A DNA stretch of 24,000 nt from Clostridia bacterium (GTDB lineage Bacteria > Bacillota > Clostridia > Oscillospirales > SIG627). Location of the stretch: assembly GCA_017537265.1 (NCBI GenBank), contig JAFYLE010000009.1, positions 7,421 through 31,420 on the forward strand, given 5' to 3'. A model generated the notes under the pieces. The model saw only the letters and a program-made list of their open reading frames with translations, was not told the DNA's origin and ran no database searches. Shown one piece after another: positions 15,519 through 24,000 of the stretch; position 1 is the first letter of the stretch, and each line of letters opens with the position of its first letter. The position numbers and the translations under genes were made by a program.

Positions 15519-17363
15519 ATGAAAACATATTCACAGGAAGAGCTCAAGGCGCTCACCACGCCGGAGGCAAAGACGCTTTGCGAAGACATACGTCGGTACT
15601 TGGTAGACCAAGTGATGAGTACCGGCGGTCATCTTGCGTCCAACCTCGGCATCGTGGAGGTGAGCCTTGGGCTTTTGCGCGTTTTCAACCTGCCTGACGA
15701 TCACGTTCTTTACGATACCGGGCACCAGAGCTACGTTCACAAGATCTTGACCGGCCGCGCGCAGGCGTTTTCCGCTCTTCGCACGTACGGCGGCATTTCG
15801 GGTTTTCCCAAGCGCAGTGAGAGCGAGTTCGACTCGTTCGGTGCAGGGCATTCGGGCACGGCGGTTTCGGCCGCCTTGGGTTTTTCGCGCGCGCGCGCGT
15901 TGCAAAACCCCAAGGATCACAGCCAGCACACCGTTGCTGTCTTGGGTGACGGCGCCCTGACTTGCGGCATGGTGTACGAGGCACTCAACAACATCCGTCC
16001 CTCGGACAATCTGATCATCATCTTAAACGACAACGATATGTCCATCTCCAAGAGCGTGGGCAGGCTTTCGCGTTACCTCTCCAAGGTGCGTAAGAGCAAG
16101 CGTTATCTCTCCATGAAGGTCAAGAGCCATCACGTGTTGGATCGCATTCCGCTCGTCGGCGCAGGCATTGAGCGCGGTCTTTCCCGTATGAAGCGCTCGC
16201 TCAAGTCCATCGTTTACCGCTCCAATCTGTTTGAACAACTCGGCATTTATTACCTGGGTCCCGCAAACGGCAATAATTTGGAAGAGGTCGAGCGTCTGCT
16301 GATCGAGGCGCGCCGTCATCGCGGGCCTGTTTTGGTGCATTTCATCACCAAGAAAGGCTGCGGTTACGCTCCTGCAGAAGAGGATCCCGGCCGTTATCAT
16401 TCCGTCTCCGCTTCCGCAGGGGAGTGCGTGACGTTTTCCGAGAAATTCGGCGAGACGCTGTGCGAACTTGCGTCCGCGGACGACAAGGTTGTCGCCATCA
16501 CCGCCGCCATGGAATCCGGCACGGGGCTTTCTGCTTTCCACAGCCGTTTTCCCAAGCGGTTTTACGACGTCGGCATTTCCGAAGAGCACGGCATGACCTT
16601 TGCCGCAGGTCTCTCCGCAGGCGGAGTCAAGCCGGTGTTTGCCGTGTACAGCACGTTCTTCCAGCGCGCGTACGACCAACTATTCCACGACCTTTCCCTG
16701 CAGAATCTCGGCGCCGTTGTGGCGCTGGATCGCGCGGGCTTTGCGGATACGGACGGACCGACGCACCACGGTCTTTTTGACGTCTCTCTCACCTTGGGGT
16801 TGCCCGGTGTGGAGGTGTATTCTCCCGCAACGCACAGGGAACTTTGCCGCACGCTCAGGGCCGCGGTGAAGGATTTTGATACCGCGACCACCGTTTTGCG
16901 CTATCCCAAGGGAAGTGAAAAGGCAGAGATCGTCCGTAGATTTCCCTGCAACGGGAACGTTGAGCGTTGGGACAGCGGTCAGAACGCACGCGTTCTGATC
17001 TTGACGTACGGCAGAATTACCGAACAAGCACTTCTTGCAGCGGACCGCCTCAAGGCCGTCGGCGTGGAATGCACGGTTGTCAAAATTTTAAAACTCAAGC
17101 CCTTTGACAGAGAGGCACTTGCTCACGTTCTTCGCGACGACGTTTTTGATCTTTGCTACTGTTTGGAAGAGGGGATCTTGTCCGGCGGCTTCTTTGAGGG
17201 GCTCGTGCTTCGCCTCTCTGCGGAAGAGCGGCTGATCGCCAATCGTTTTTCCATCCGCGCCGTGGAGGACAGTTTCGTTCCGCACGGCAAGTACGCGGAA
17301 TTGATCTCCCACACGAAATTGGACGCCACGAGCGTCTCGCGTGAGATCGCAAGTCTTCTCTGA
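15519..17363 (+). CDS. dxs: 1-deoxy-D-xylulose-5-phosphate synthase (MEP pathway)
   Basis: The 614-aa protein has the TPP-binding motif GDGALTCGMVYEALNN, GHQSYVHKILTGR, and transketolase-like pyrimidine-binding and C-terminal domains. Confidence 0.95.
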   Translation: MKTYSQEELKALTTPEAKTLCEDIRRYLVDQVMSTGGHLASNLGIVEVSLGLLRVFNLPDDHVLYDTGHQSYVHKILTGRAQAFSALRTYGGISGFPKRSESEFDSFGAGHSGTAVSAALGFSRARALQNPKDHSQHTVAVLGDGALTCGMVYEALNNIRPSDNLIIILNDNDMSISKSVGRLSRYLSKVRKSKRYLSMKVKSHHVLDRIPLVGAGIERGLSRMKRSLKSIVYRSNLFEQLGIYYLGPANGNNLEEVERLLIEARRHRGPVLVHFITKKGCGYAPAEEDPGRYHSVSASAGECVTFSEKFGETLCELASADDKVVAITAAMESGTGLSAFHSRFPKRFYDVGISEEHGMTFAAGLSAGGVKPVFAVYSTFFQRAYDQLFHDLSLQNLGAVVALDRAGFADTDGPTHHGLFDVSLTLGLPGVEVYSPATHRELCRTLRAAVKDFDTATTVLRYPKGSEKAEIVRRFPCNGNVERWDSGQNARVLILTYGRITEQALLAADRLKAVGVECTVVKILKLKPFDREALAHVLRDDVFDLCYCLEEGILSGGFFEGLVLRLSAEERLIANRFSIRAVEDSFVPHGKYAELISHTKLDATSVSREIASLL

Positions 17364-18100
17364 TGCGCCTGGACGTGTATTTGGTCGAGTGCGGCAAGGT
17401 CAAGAGCCGCACCCTCGCCGCTCGCCTCATCGAGGAGGGCGCGGTCAGCGTTTGCGGCAAGGTCGCCAAAAAGCCTTCCGAAAAGGTCAACGAGGGCGAC
17501 GAAGTGACGGTTATGAACAACGAACTTTGTCGTTACGTTTCCCGCGGCGGTCTGAAGCTTGAGGCGGCACTCACTGCTTTTTCACTTGACGTTACGGGCC
17601 TTCGCGCCTTTGACTTCGGTTCCTCTACCGGCGGTTTTACCGACTGCCTTTTAAAGCACGGCGCCGCACACGTGTACAGCGTGGACGTCGGCCGTAGCCA
17701 ACTTGTGGAGAGCGTGAAGTGCGACGCGCGCGTAAGCGTTTTGGAAGAGACGGACGCCCGCACCGTCACCGAGGAGCATCTGGGTGAAAAGTGTGACCTC
17801 GGCGTTATGGACGTCTCCTTTATCTCCCAGTCACTTTTGTATCCCTCCTGCGCACACAATTTGAAGACGGGCGGTTTTCTCGTCACTCTTTACAAGCCGC
17901 AGTTTGAAGTGGGCAGGCAATACGTCGGCAAGGGCGGCATCGTCAAGGACCTGCGCGCCGTGGAGCGCGCAAGAGAGACTTTGGTGGAAAAAGCCGCACT
18001 CTGCGGGCTGAAATTTGTAAAACATATCCCTTCGCCGATTCTCGGCGGAGACGGTAATTATGAGGAACTTCTGTATTTTGTGAGGTGTGAGCATGTTTGA
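17363..18100 (+). CDS. tlyA: TlyA-family rRNA 2'-O-methyltransferase (S4 + FtsJ domains)
   Basis: It overlaps the dxs stop by 1 nt (TGATG). It has an N-terminal S4-like MRLDVYLVECG...SRTLAARLIEEGAV and the SAM-binding motif FGSSTGGFTDCLL. Confidence 0.9.
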   Translation: MRLDVYLVECGKVKSRTLAARLIEEGAVSVCGKVAKKPSEKVNEGDEVTVMNNELCRYVSRGGLKLEAALTAFSLDVTGLRAFDFGSSTGGFTDCLLKHGAAHVYSVDVGRSQLVESVKCDARVSVLEETDARTVTEEHLGEKCDLGVMDVSFISQSLLYPSCAHNLKTGGFLVTLYKPQFEVGRQYVGKGGIVKDLRAVERARETLVEKAALCGLKFVKHIPSPILGGDGNYEELLYFVRCEHV

Positions 18101-18938
18101 GACCATTGCCCTCTACCCCAATCCGACCCGACGGGTCACGTTTGAGGTGCTGGCAAACGCGGCGCAGATTTTGAAAAAGAGCGGCGCGCGTCTTTTGGCG
18201 GACGAACGCTATCAACTGCTCTTGCAGGACGTGGAAGGCATCACGTTTGTGAGCGAGAGGGAGTTCTTTTCCGCGGATCTTGTCATCGCCTTCGGCGGAG
18301 ACGGCACCTTGCTTTCCGCCTCGCACGAGGCAAGCGAGAAGGGTACGCCTATTCTCGGAGTCAACTGCGGTCACGTCGGCTTTCTGACTTCCGTTTCCTC
18401 AGCGGACTTGGACCGTCTTTCCGACTTGCAGAGCGGGGCTTTCTGCATCCAGGAGCGTATGATGCTTTCCGTTTTGCATCGGGGCAAAGAGTATTACGCT
18501 TTGAACGAGGCCTGCGTTGTCAGTAAGAACAATTGTACGCTTTCCGCTTACGACGTCTCGGTGGACGACATTTATATCGGTCACTACCACGCGGACGGAC
18601 TCATCGTGGCAACCTCCACGGGTTCCACCGCGTACTCACTTTCCGCAGGCGGCGCCGCAGTCGACCCGCGTTTGGACTGTCTGTGCATCACCCCCATCTG
18701 CCCGCATTCGCTTTTGCGCGCCCGCCCCATCATCGTGCCGCCGACCTCCTGTGTGAAGATCTCTCACCGCGCGGACGAGACGGACGAGGTCGTGCTTTGC
18801 GTGGACGGCAGACAGGAGATCGAACTCGCTACCGATGCGATCGAGATTTCAAAGAGTGAGAAGGTCACTCGCGTTTTAGTACCCAAGGAACATCATTTTT
18901 GCAACGTGCTTTACAGCAAGTTTTTTGAGAGGAATTGA
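18093..18938 (+). CDS. nadK: NAD kinase
   Basis: It has the motifs GGDGTLL, the NxGxxGFL-type VNCGHVGFL, and DGLIVATSTGSTAYSLSAGG. ATG 18093 follows GAGG (18082-18085). An alternative GTG at 18087 is possible. It overlaps the 3' end of tlyA. Confidence 0.9.
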   Translation: MFETIALYPNPTRRVTFEVLANAAQILKKSGARLLADERYQLLLQDVEGITFVSEREFFSADLVIAFGGDGTLLSASHEASEKGTPILGVNCGHVGFLTSVSSADLDRLSDLQSGAFCIQERMMLSVLHRGKEYYALNEACVVSKNNCTLSAYDVSVDDIYIGHYHADGLIVATSTGSTAYSLSAGGAAVDPRLDCLCITPICPHSLLRARPIIVPPTSCVKISHRADETDEVVLCVDGRQEIELATDAIEISKSEKVTRVLVPKEHHFCNVLYSKFFERN

Positions 18939-18940
18939 AG

Positions 18941-19402
18941 ATGGCATCCATTCGTACCCGTCGCCAAGAGAAGATCTTGGAAATCATCCGCGCCCGCAAC
19001 GTCCAGACGCAGGACGAACTTTGCGCTCTGCTCGTGGAAGCAGGCTTTTCCGTCACGCAGGCCACTGTCTCGCGCGATATTAAGGAGATGGGGCTCTTGA
19101 AGGTCGCCGTTCCCGGCGGCTATAAGTACGCCCAGGCCGCCGCGGCCGATCTCTCTCCGGAATTGGAGCGTTACCGCAAGGTGCTTTTGGAAGTTACCGT
19201 GCGCGTTGCCGCCGCAGGCAACCTCGTGATTTTCAACACGCTTTCCGGTGCCGCGCAGGCGGCAGCAGCAGCCGTGGACGCCATGAAATGGACGGAGATC
19301 ATCGGTTGCATCGCAGGGGATGATACCGTCTTTCTCGCCGTTTCCACTCCGCAGGTCGCTTCGGAGATCTGCGCCCGCTTCCGTCTGCTTCTCAAGCACT
19401 GA
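18941..19402 (+). CDS. argR: Arginine repressor ArgR/AhrC
   Basis: It has a winged-helix N-terminus (RQEKILEII...TQDELCALL...VTQATVSRDIKEMGL) and a C-terminal oligomerisation/arginine-binding pattern (GCIAGDDTVFL). ATG 18941 follows GAGAGG. The ORF-track TTG at 18935 is an alternative. Confidence 0.9.
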   Translation: MASIRTRRQEKILEIIRARNVQTQDELCALLVEAGFSVTQATVSRDIKEMGLLKVAVPGGYKYAQAAAADLSPELERYRKVLLEVTVRVAAAGNLVIFNTLSGAAQAAAAAVDAMKWTEIIGCIAGDDTVFLAVSTPQVASEICARFRLLLKH

Positions 19403-19417
19403 TCTTCGCTTACTTTT

Positions 19418-21085
19418 ATGTTAAGACGTCTTTCTGTTCGTGATTTTGCGCTGTTTTCCTCGGCAGAGTTTTTGCCGGAGGAAGGCTTTGTCGCGCTCAC
19501 GGGACAGACGGGCGCAGGCAAGAGCCTTGTGGTGGACGCACTCGCGTTCGTCACGGGAAGTCGCAAAGGTCGCGAGTACGTCCGACAGGGAAGCGACAAG
19601 TGCAGTGTCACCGCACTTTTTACTCCCGTCAGCGCCGCACAGCAAAAGGCGCTTTCGGACCTCGGTGTTGAGACGGAGGAGGACGGCATTGAGTTTTTCC
19701 GTTCGCTTTCTCTCGATTCGCGCGGTGTCTGTCGTATCAACGGACGGCAGACCACCCTTACGCTTCTGCGTGAGGCGGCGGGGCTGTTTTGCGACATTCA
19801 CGAGCAGGAGGATGCACACGCGCTCCTCGATTCTTCCCGTCATCTGTTTTATTTAGATGCTTTTGCCGAAGACACGTTTTTGCACAAGCGTGCAGAGTAC
19901 AAGCGACTTTACGAAGCTTATACGGAAATCAAACGACGTTTCGGTACTTTGTATTCCGCCGATCGCAGTGAGGAGAAGAGCCGCCGCGAATTTTTGGAGT
20001 ATCAGATCCGCGAGTTGGAAGGTGCCCGCATCCGCGTTGGGGAAGAGGCGGAACTTGTTGAGAAAAAAGAGCGTTTGAAAAACGCCAAACTGTTATCCGA
20101 TACAACCGCTCTGGTGGAGGCTTCGCTTTCGGGCGAGGGCGGTGCGTATGACCGTGTCATGGCGGCGGCAGACGCACTCAAAAAAGCGTCTGAGGTCGTT
20201 TTGGATTACGCACCCCTTGCGGAAAAACTCGAAGAGATCGGGGAATGCATTTCCGACGTTTCCCGCAGTGTTTTACGCGAGGAGGGCGAGGGTGACCCCA
20301 CCGCAGCCCTTGACGCCATCGATACCCGCCTTTCGCTTTTGCGTCGGCTGTATTCGCTCTATGCGCCAAGCGAAGAGGAACTTCTGCAATTACTCGACGC
20401 GAAAAAGGCGGAACTGTTTGCTATCGACCATGCCAAGGAAGAAGCGCGCAGGCTTCACGCCGAAGCGCTTGAGGCGCGGGACGCCGCGCGCGTGTGTGCA
20501 CTCGCGTTGCGTGCCGAACGAGTGCGGGCGGCCGCGATTTTAGAGACGGAGATCTTGGAGTCCCTGAAGGACTTGGACATGCCCGCCGTGCGTTTTGAAG
20601 TTCGAATGACCGAGCGGGAGAAGATCTCTCCCGACGGATTGGACGATGTGGAGTTTTACATCGGTACCAACGTCGGTCAGCCGATGATGCCGCTTTCCAA
20701 GATCGCCTCCGGCGGTGAGCTTTCCCGCATACTGCTTGCGCTTCGTTGCGTGCTCTCGCGCATCGATGCGATCGACACCTTGGTGTTTGACGAGATCGAT
20801 ACCGGCGTTTCCGGCAAAAGTGCCGCCAAGATTGGCTCCGCCATGCGGCGCCTCGGCGCAGAGCGTCAGGTGCTCGCCGTGACTCATTCCGCGCAGGTCG
20901 CAAGCCGCGCGCACGCGCAGGTCAAGGTGGAAAAGGAGATCGCACTCGGCAACACCGAGGCAAAGATCTATCCGCTTTCTGCCGAGGAGCGCGAGCGGGA
21001 GATCGCCCGCATTTTGGGCGGCGAGACCAGTACCGAAACCTCCCTTGCAGGGGCAAGAGAACTCTTGTCCTGCCAAGGAAAATAA
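19418..21085 (+). CDS. recN: DNA repair protein RecN (SMC-like ATPase)
   Basis: It has Walker A GQTGAGKS, a long coiled-coil middle region, the ABC signature SGGELSR and Walker B LVFDEIDTG. Confidence 0.95.
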   Translation: MLRRLSVRDFALFSSAEFLPEEGFVALTGQTGAGKSLVVDALAFVTGSRKGREYVRQGSDKCSVTALFTPVSAAQQKALSDLGVETEEDGIEFFRSLSLDSRGVCRINGRQTTLTLLREAAGLFCDIHEQEDAHALLDSSRHLFYLDAFAEDTFLHKRAEYKRLYEAYTEIKRRFGTLYSADRSEEKSRREFLEYQIRELEGARIRVGEEAELVEKKERLKNAKLLSDTTALVEASLSGEGGAYDRVMAAADALKKASEVVLDYAPLAEKLEEIGECISDVSRSVLREEGEGDPTAALDAIDTRLSLLRRLYSLYAPSEEELLQLLDAKKAELFAIDHAKEEARRLHAEALEARDAARVCALALRAERVRAAAILETEILESLKDLDMPAVRFEVRMTEREKISPDGLDDVEFYIGTNVGQPMMPLSKIASGGELSRILLALRCVLSRIDAIDTLVFDEIDTGVSGKSAAKIGSAMRRLGAERQVLAVTHSAQVASRAHAQVKVEKEIALGNTEAKIYPLSAEEREREIARILGGETSTETSLAGARELLSCQGK

Positions 21086-21112
21086 ATTTTAATCAATCTT
21101 TTGGAGAATGTT

Positions 21113-22333
21113 ATGCAACTGTACGAAGAACTGCAAAGACGCGGGCTGATCGCCCAAGTGACCAACGAGCCGGAGATCCGTGACATGATCAACGCGGGCA
21201 AGGCGACTTTTTACATCGGTTTTGACTGCACCGCAGACAGTTTGACCGCCGGCCACTTCATGGCGCTGACGCTGATGAAGCGCCTGCAAATGGCGGGCAA
21301 CCGCCCCATCGCCCTGATCGGCGGCGGCACCACCATGATCGGTGACCCCACCGGCAGAACCGATATGCGCAAAATGCTCACCAAGGAAGACATCGACCAC
21401 AACGCCGCGTGTTTCAAGCGTCAGATGGAGCGTTTCATCGACTTTTCCGAGGGCAAGGCTATGCTCATCAACAACGCCGATTGGCTTTTGAACTTAAATT
21501 ACGTGGATCTGTTGCGCGAGGTCGGCTCCTGCTTCTCCGTCAACAACATGCTTCGCGCGGAGTGCTACAAGCAGCGCATGGAAAAGGGTCTGTCCTTCCT
21601 GGAATTCAACTACATGATCATGCAGTCTTACGACTTCTACTACCTCTACAAGAACTACGGTTGCAACATGCAGTTCGGCGGTGACGACCAGTGGTCCAAC
21701 ATGCTCGGCGGCACGGAACTCGTGCGCCGCAAGCTCGGCAAGGATGCCCACGCCATGACCATCACTCTGCTGACCGACTCGCAGGGCAAGAAGATGGGTA
21801 AGACCGCAGGCAACGCCGTCTGGCTCGATCCCAACAAGACCTCTCCCTACGACTTCTATCAGTATTGGCGCAACGTGGGCGATGCCGACGTTTTGAAGTG
21901 CATTCGCATGCTCACCTTCCTGCCGATCGAAGAGATCGAGGCCATGGATTCTTGGGAAGGCAGCCAGCTCAACCGTGCCAAGGAGATCTTGGCATTCGAA
22001 CTGACCAAGATGGTCCACGGCGAAGAGGAGGCCCAAAAGGCAGAGGCTGCGGCGAAGGCGCTCTTCTCTGCGGGTGCAGACAGCGCGGATATGCCCACCA
22101 CCACTCTTTCCGAGGGCGATTTTGCCGACGGCGTGATCGGTGTCATCGATCTCTACGTCAAGAGCGGCCTGTGCCCCTCCCGCGGTGAGGCCCGTCGCCT
22201 CGTCGAACAGGGCGGCGCCACCGTCAACGACGAGAAGGTCGCCGACATCAAGAAGACTTACACCGTCGAAGAGGCAAAGGCTGGCATCACCTTGAAGAAG
22301 GGCAAAAAAGTCTATCATAAAGTGATTTTGTAA
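21113..22333 (+). CDS. tyrS: Tyrosine-tRNA ligase
   Basis: Class I aaRS motifs are present: a HIGH-like region (DSLTAGH), KMGKT (the KMSKS equivalent) and a C-terminal S4 domain. ATG 21113 follows GGAGA (21103-21107). The ORF-track TTG at 21101 is an alternative. Confidence 0.92.
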   Translation: MQLYEELQRRGLIAQVTNEPEIRDMINAGKATFYIGFDCTADSLTAGHFMALTLMKRLQMAGNRPIALIGGGTTMIGDPTGRTDMRKMLTKEDIDHNAACFKRQMERFIDFSEGKAMLINNADWLLNLNYVDLLREVGSCFSVNNMLRAECYKQRMEKGLSFLEFNYMIMQSYDFYYLYKNYGCNMQFGGDDQWSNMLGGTELVRRKLGKDAHAMTITLLTDSQGKKMGKTAGNAVWLDPNKTSPYDFYQYWRNVGDADVLKCIRMLTFLPIEEIEAMDSWEGSQLNRAKEILAFELTKMVHGEEEAQKAEAAAKALFSAGADSADMPTTTLSEGDFADGVIGVIDLYVKSGLCPSRGEARRLVEQGGATVNDEKVADIKKTYTVEEAKAGITLKKGKKVYHKVIL

Positions 22334-22347
22334 GAATGTGAAAAACA

Positions 22348-22382
22348 CCCCGCACTCATCTGTTTGTGCGGGGCGTTTTTTG
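22348..22382 (+). terminator. Rho-independent terminator ending the ole...recN-tyrS unit
   Basis: CCCCGCAC (22348-22355) pairs with GTGCGGGG (22366-22373), followed by a T-run at 22376-22382. Confidence 0.8.
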
Positions 22383-22389
22383 TCTTGGG

Positions 22390-22427
22390 AAAAAGAAAAA
22401 GAACCGCAGACTGCGGTTCTTTTTTTA
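22390..22427. terminator. Bidirectional terminator hairpin in the tyrS/folD convergent gap
   Basis: AAGAACCGC (22399-22407) pairs with GCGGTTCTT (22413-22421). It is flanked by an A-rich run on the 5' side and T7 on the 3' side, so it can serve folD on the minus strand. Confidence 0.75.
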
Positions 22428-22434
22428 TGCCTTT

Positions 22435-23283
22435 TTATTTTGCCGCGTTCTTTGCGGCAGTCAGAGTGTTCTGCAGGAGCATGGTGATGGTCATGGGGCC
22501 GCAACCGCCGGGTACGGGGGTGATGAAGGAGGCTTTTTCCTTTACGGCGTCAAAGTCCACGTCACCGCAGAGGCGTCCGTTCTCGTCGCGGTTCATGCCC
22601 ACGTCAATGACCACGGCGCCGTCCTTGACCATGTCTTGCGTGACGAATTTCGCACGGCCGATGGCAACGACCAGAATGTCAGCCTCCCGCGTGATGTCTG
22701 CAAGGTTTTGGGTTTTGGAGTGGCAGACGGTCACCGTCGCGTTTTTGTGCAGCAGCAACATTGCCTGCGGTTTTCCCACGATGTTGCTGCGGCCGATGAC
22801 GACAGCGTTTTTGCCCTCTACGGGGATGTCGTACTCGTCAAGCAGTGCCATCACTCCCGCGGGCGTGCAGGGGAGGAAGTCGGGATTTCCCACCATGATG
22901 CGCCCCACGGACGCGTAGCCGAAGGCATCCACGTCTTTTTTGGGGTCAATGGCTTCGATCACCGTCACTTCGTCGATGTGGCGCGGAACGGGAAGCTGCA
23001 CGAGAATGCCGTGGATCTTGTCGTCTGCGTTGAGTTTTGCAATGAGCTCCAGCAGTTCTTCCTGCGTGGTCGACTCCGGCAGGCGGTGTACTTCGGAGTA
23101 GAAGCCCACCTCAAGGCAGGCGAGTTCTTTGTTTTTTACGTAGGTTTGGCTGGCAGGGTCTTCACCCACCAGGATGACCGCGAGACCGGGCTTTTTACCG
23201 TAAGTCTCCTCGTAGGAGCGCACTTGTTCGGCAAAGCGCGCGCGCAGTTTTTTGCTGGTCAGTTTTCCGTCAAGCAGCGTCAT
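22435..23283 (-). CDS. folD: Bifunctional methylenetetrahydrofolate dehydrogenase/cyclohydrolase
   Basis: The 282-aa protein has the motifs [33 protein letters not shown] and PGGCGPMT. Confidence 0.95.
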   Translation of the reverse strand: MTLLDGKLTSKKLRARFAEQVRSYEETYGKKPGLAVILVGEDPASQTYVKNKELACLEVGFYSEVHRLPESTTQEELLELIAKLNADDKIHGILVQLPVPRHIDEVTVIEAIDPKKDVDAFGYASVGRIMVGNPDFLPCTPAGVMALLDEYDIPVEGKNAVVIGRSNIVGKPQAMLLLHKNATVTVCHSKTQNLADITREADILVVAIGRAKFVTQDMVKDGAVVIDVGMNRDENGRLCGDVDFDAVKEKASFITPVPGGCGPMTITMLLQNTLTAAKNAAK

Positions 23284-24000
23284 GCTTCATTCTCACTTTC
23301 GTTTTCTTCTTCTTTCATTTCGGCAGGCTTTGCCTTTTTCGCACGCAAGAATCCCAGCACGAACAGACTGCCGAAGAGCAAAAAGCAAACGAGCCCCACA
23401 AGACCCGCAATGCGCATGCCCAGAACCACGGGGCTTGAGTCAATGCGGAAGAATTCCACGATCATGCGGCCCAATCCGTAGAAGGCGAGGTAGAACAGGA
23501 AGATCTCGCCGTCGTACTTCTTCGCGCGGTAGAGGAAGAAGTGGATGATCACGAGCAGAGTAAAGTTCCACAGCGATTCGTAGAAGAAGGTCGGGTGGTA
23601 GAATTCGGTGACGTTCTCGGTAATGCCGAGGCCCATGCGCCAGGGCAGATCGGTCAGGGAGCCGTAGGCTTCGCCGTTGACGAAGTTGCCCCAACGGCCG
23701 ATCATTTGACCGATGATCAGGCAGGGGGAAAAGGCGTCAAGCACGGCAAAAAGGTTGAGTTTTTTGATCTTGGTGTAGAAGATGATGACGAGGATCCCCG
23801 CGATGATGGAGCCGTAAATGGCACCGCCGCCGTTCCAGATGGCGATCCATTCAAGGAAGGGGCGACCGATGTAGTGGTCCAGTTCCATCAGCACGTGGTA
23901 GAGACGTGCACCAATGATGCCGAAGGGGATGATGAGGAGCAAAAGGTTGAGGAAGTCGTCCATGCTCACACCCTCGCGCTTGGTCGTGCGGATTCCGTAA
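23280..24000 (-). CDS. lgt: Prolipoprotein diacylglyceryl transferase; the 5' end lies beyond the window
   Basis: It has the Lgt signatures [23 protein letters not shown] and WRMG, on a multi-pass membrane protein. The frame stays open upstream of the ORF-track GTG at 23969 (..[16 protein letters not shown]..), so the gene is truncated by the window. Its stop overlaps the folD start (ATGA). Confidence 0.9.
   Translation of the reverse strand, partial: YGIRTTKREGVSMDDFLNLLLLIIPFGIIGARLYHVLMELDHYIGRPFLEWIAIWNGGGAIYGSIIAGILVIIFYTKIKKLNLFAVLDAFSPCLIIGQMIGRWGNFVNGEAYGSLTDLPWRMGLGITENVTEFYHPTFFYESLWNFTLLVIIHFFLYRAKKYDGEIFLFYLAFYGLGRMIVEFFRIDSSPVVLGMRIAGLVGLVCFLLFGSLFVLGFLRAKKAKPAEMKEEENESENEA

Noticed and set aside
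16981-16996. The palindrome AGAACGcacgCGTTCT, which resembles a LexA (Cheo/SOS) box and lies in the same operon as recN.
   Set aside because: The GAAC and GTTC half-sites are separated by 6 nt rather than the 4 nt of the Firmicute SOS box. The site lies inside the dxs coding sequence, 2.4 kb upstream of recN.
1-24000. A scan for CRISPR arrays, transposase or integrase genes, inverted terminal repeats, tRNA or rRNA genes, and toxin-antitoxin or defence cassettes.
   Set aside because: No direct-repeat arrays, mobile-element ORFs, or tRNA- or rRNA-like sequences were found by eye. All sizeable ORFs are accounted for by housekeeping families.

Overview
This window is a GC-rich, densely packed core-chromosome segment, apparently from an endospore-forming Firmicute of the Clostridia type (spoIIR, DUF512-der-plsY, and a T-box leader are present). 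I call 23 protein-coding genes, 21 on the + strand and 2 on the - strand. The + strand units are: (i) DUF512'-der-plsY-DUF362/4Fe4S-ispE, ending at a strong terminator; (ii) spoIIR; (iii) a two-gene unit encoding a sugar-phosphate isomerase and an orphan solute-binding lipoprotein, with its own promoter; (iv) a Phe-specific T-box leader followed by pheS-pheT and a terminator; (v) a long overlap-coupled string nusB-(TsaD/Kae1-like)-xseA-xseB-[about 640 nt non-coding]-small membrane protein-dxs-tlyA-nadK-argR-recN-tyrS, then a terminator. folD and lgt' converge on the - strand. The main finding is the ORF-free, hairpin-dense interval at 14166-14879, which is driven by its own promoter. Its size and synteny match the OLE (ornate, large, extremophilic) RNA, and the basic-tailed multi-pass membrane protein downstream fits its partner OapA. 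This locus lacks the ispA gene usually found between xseB and the RNA. The OLE identity rests on synteny, size and visible structure, because I could not run a covariance-model search. No CRISPR arrays, rRNA or tRNA genes, or mobile elements were seen. Several very long antisense ORFs are judged to be GC-driven shadows.
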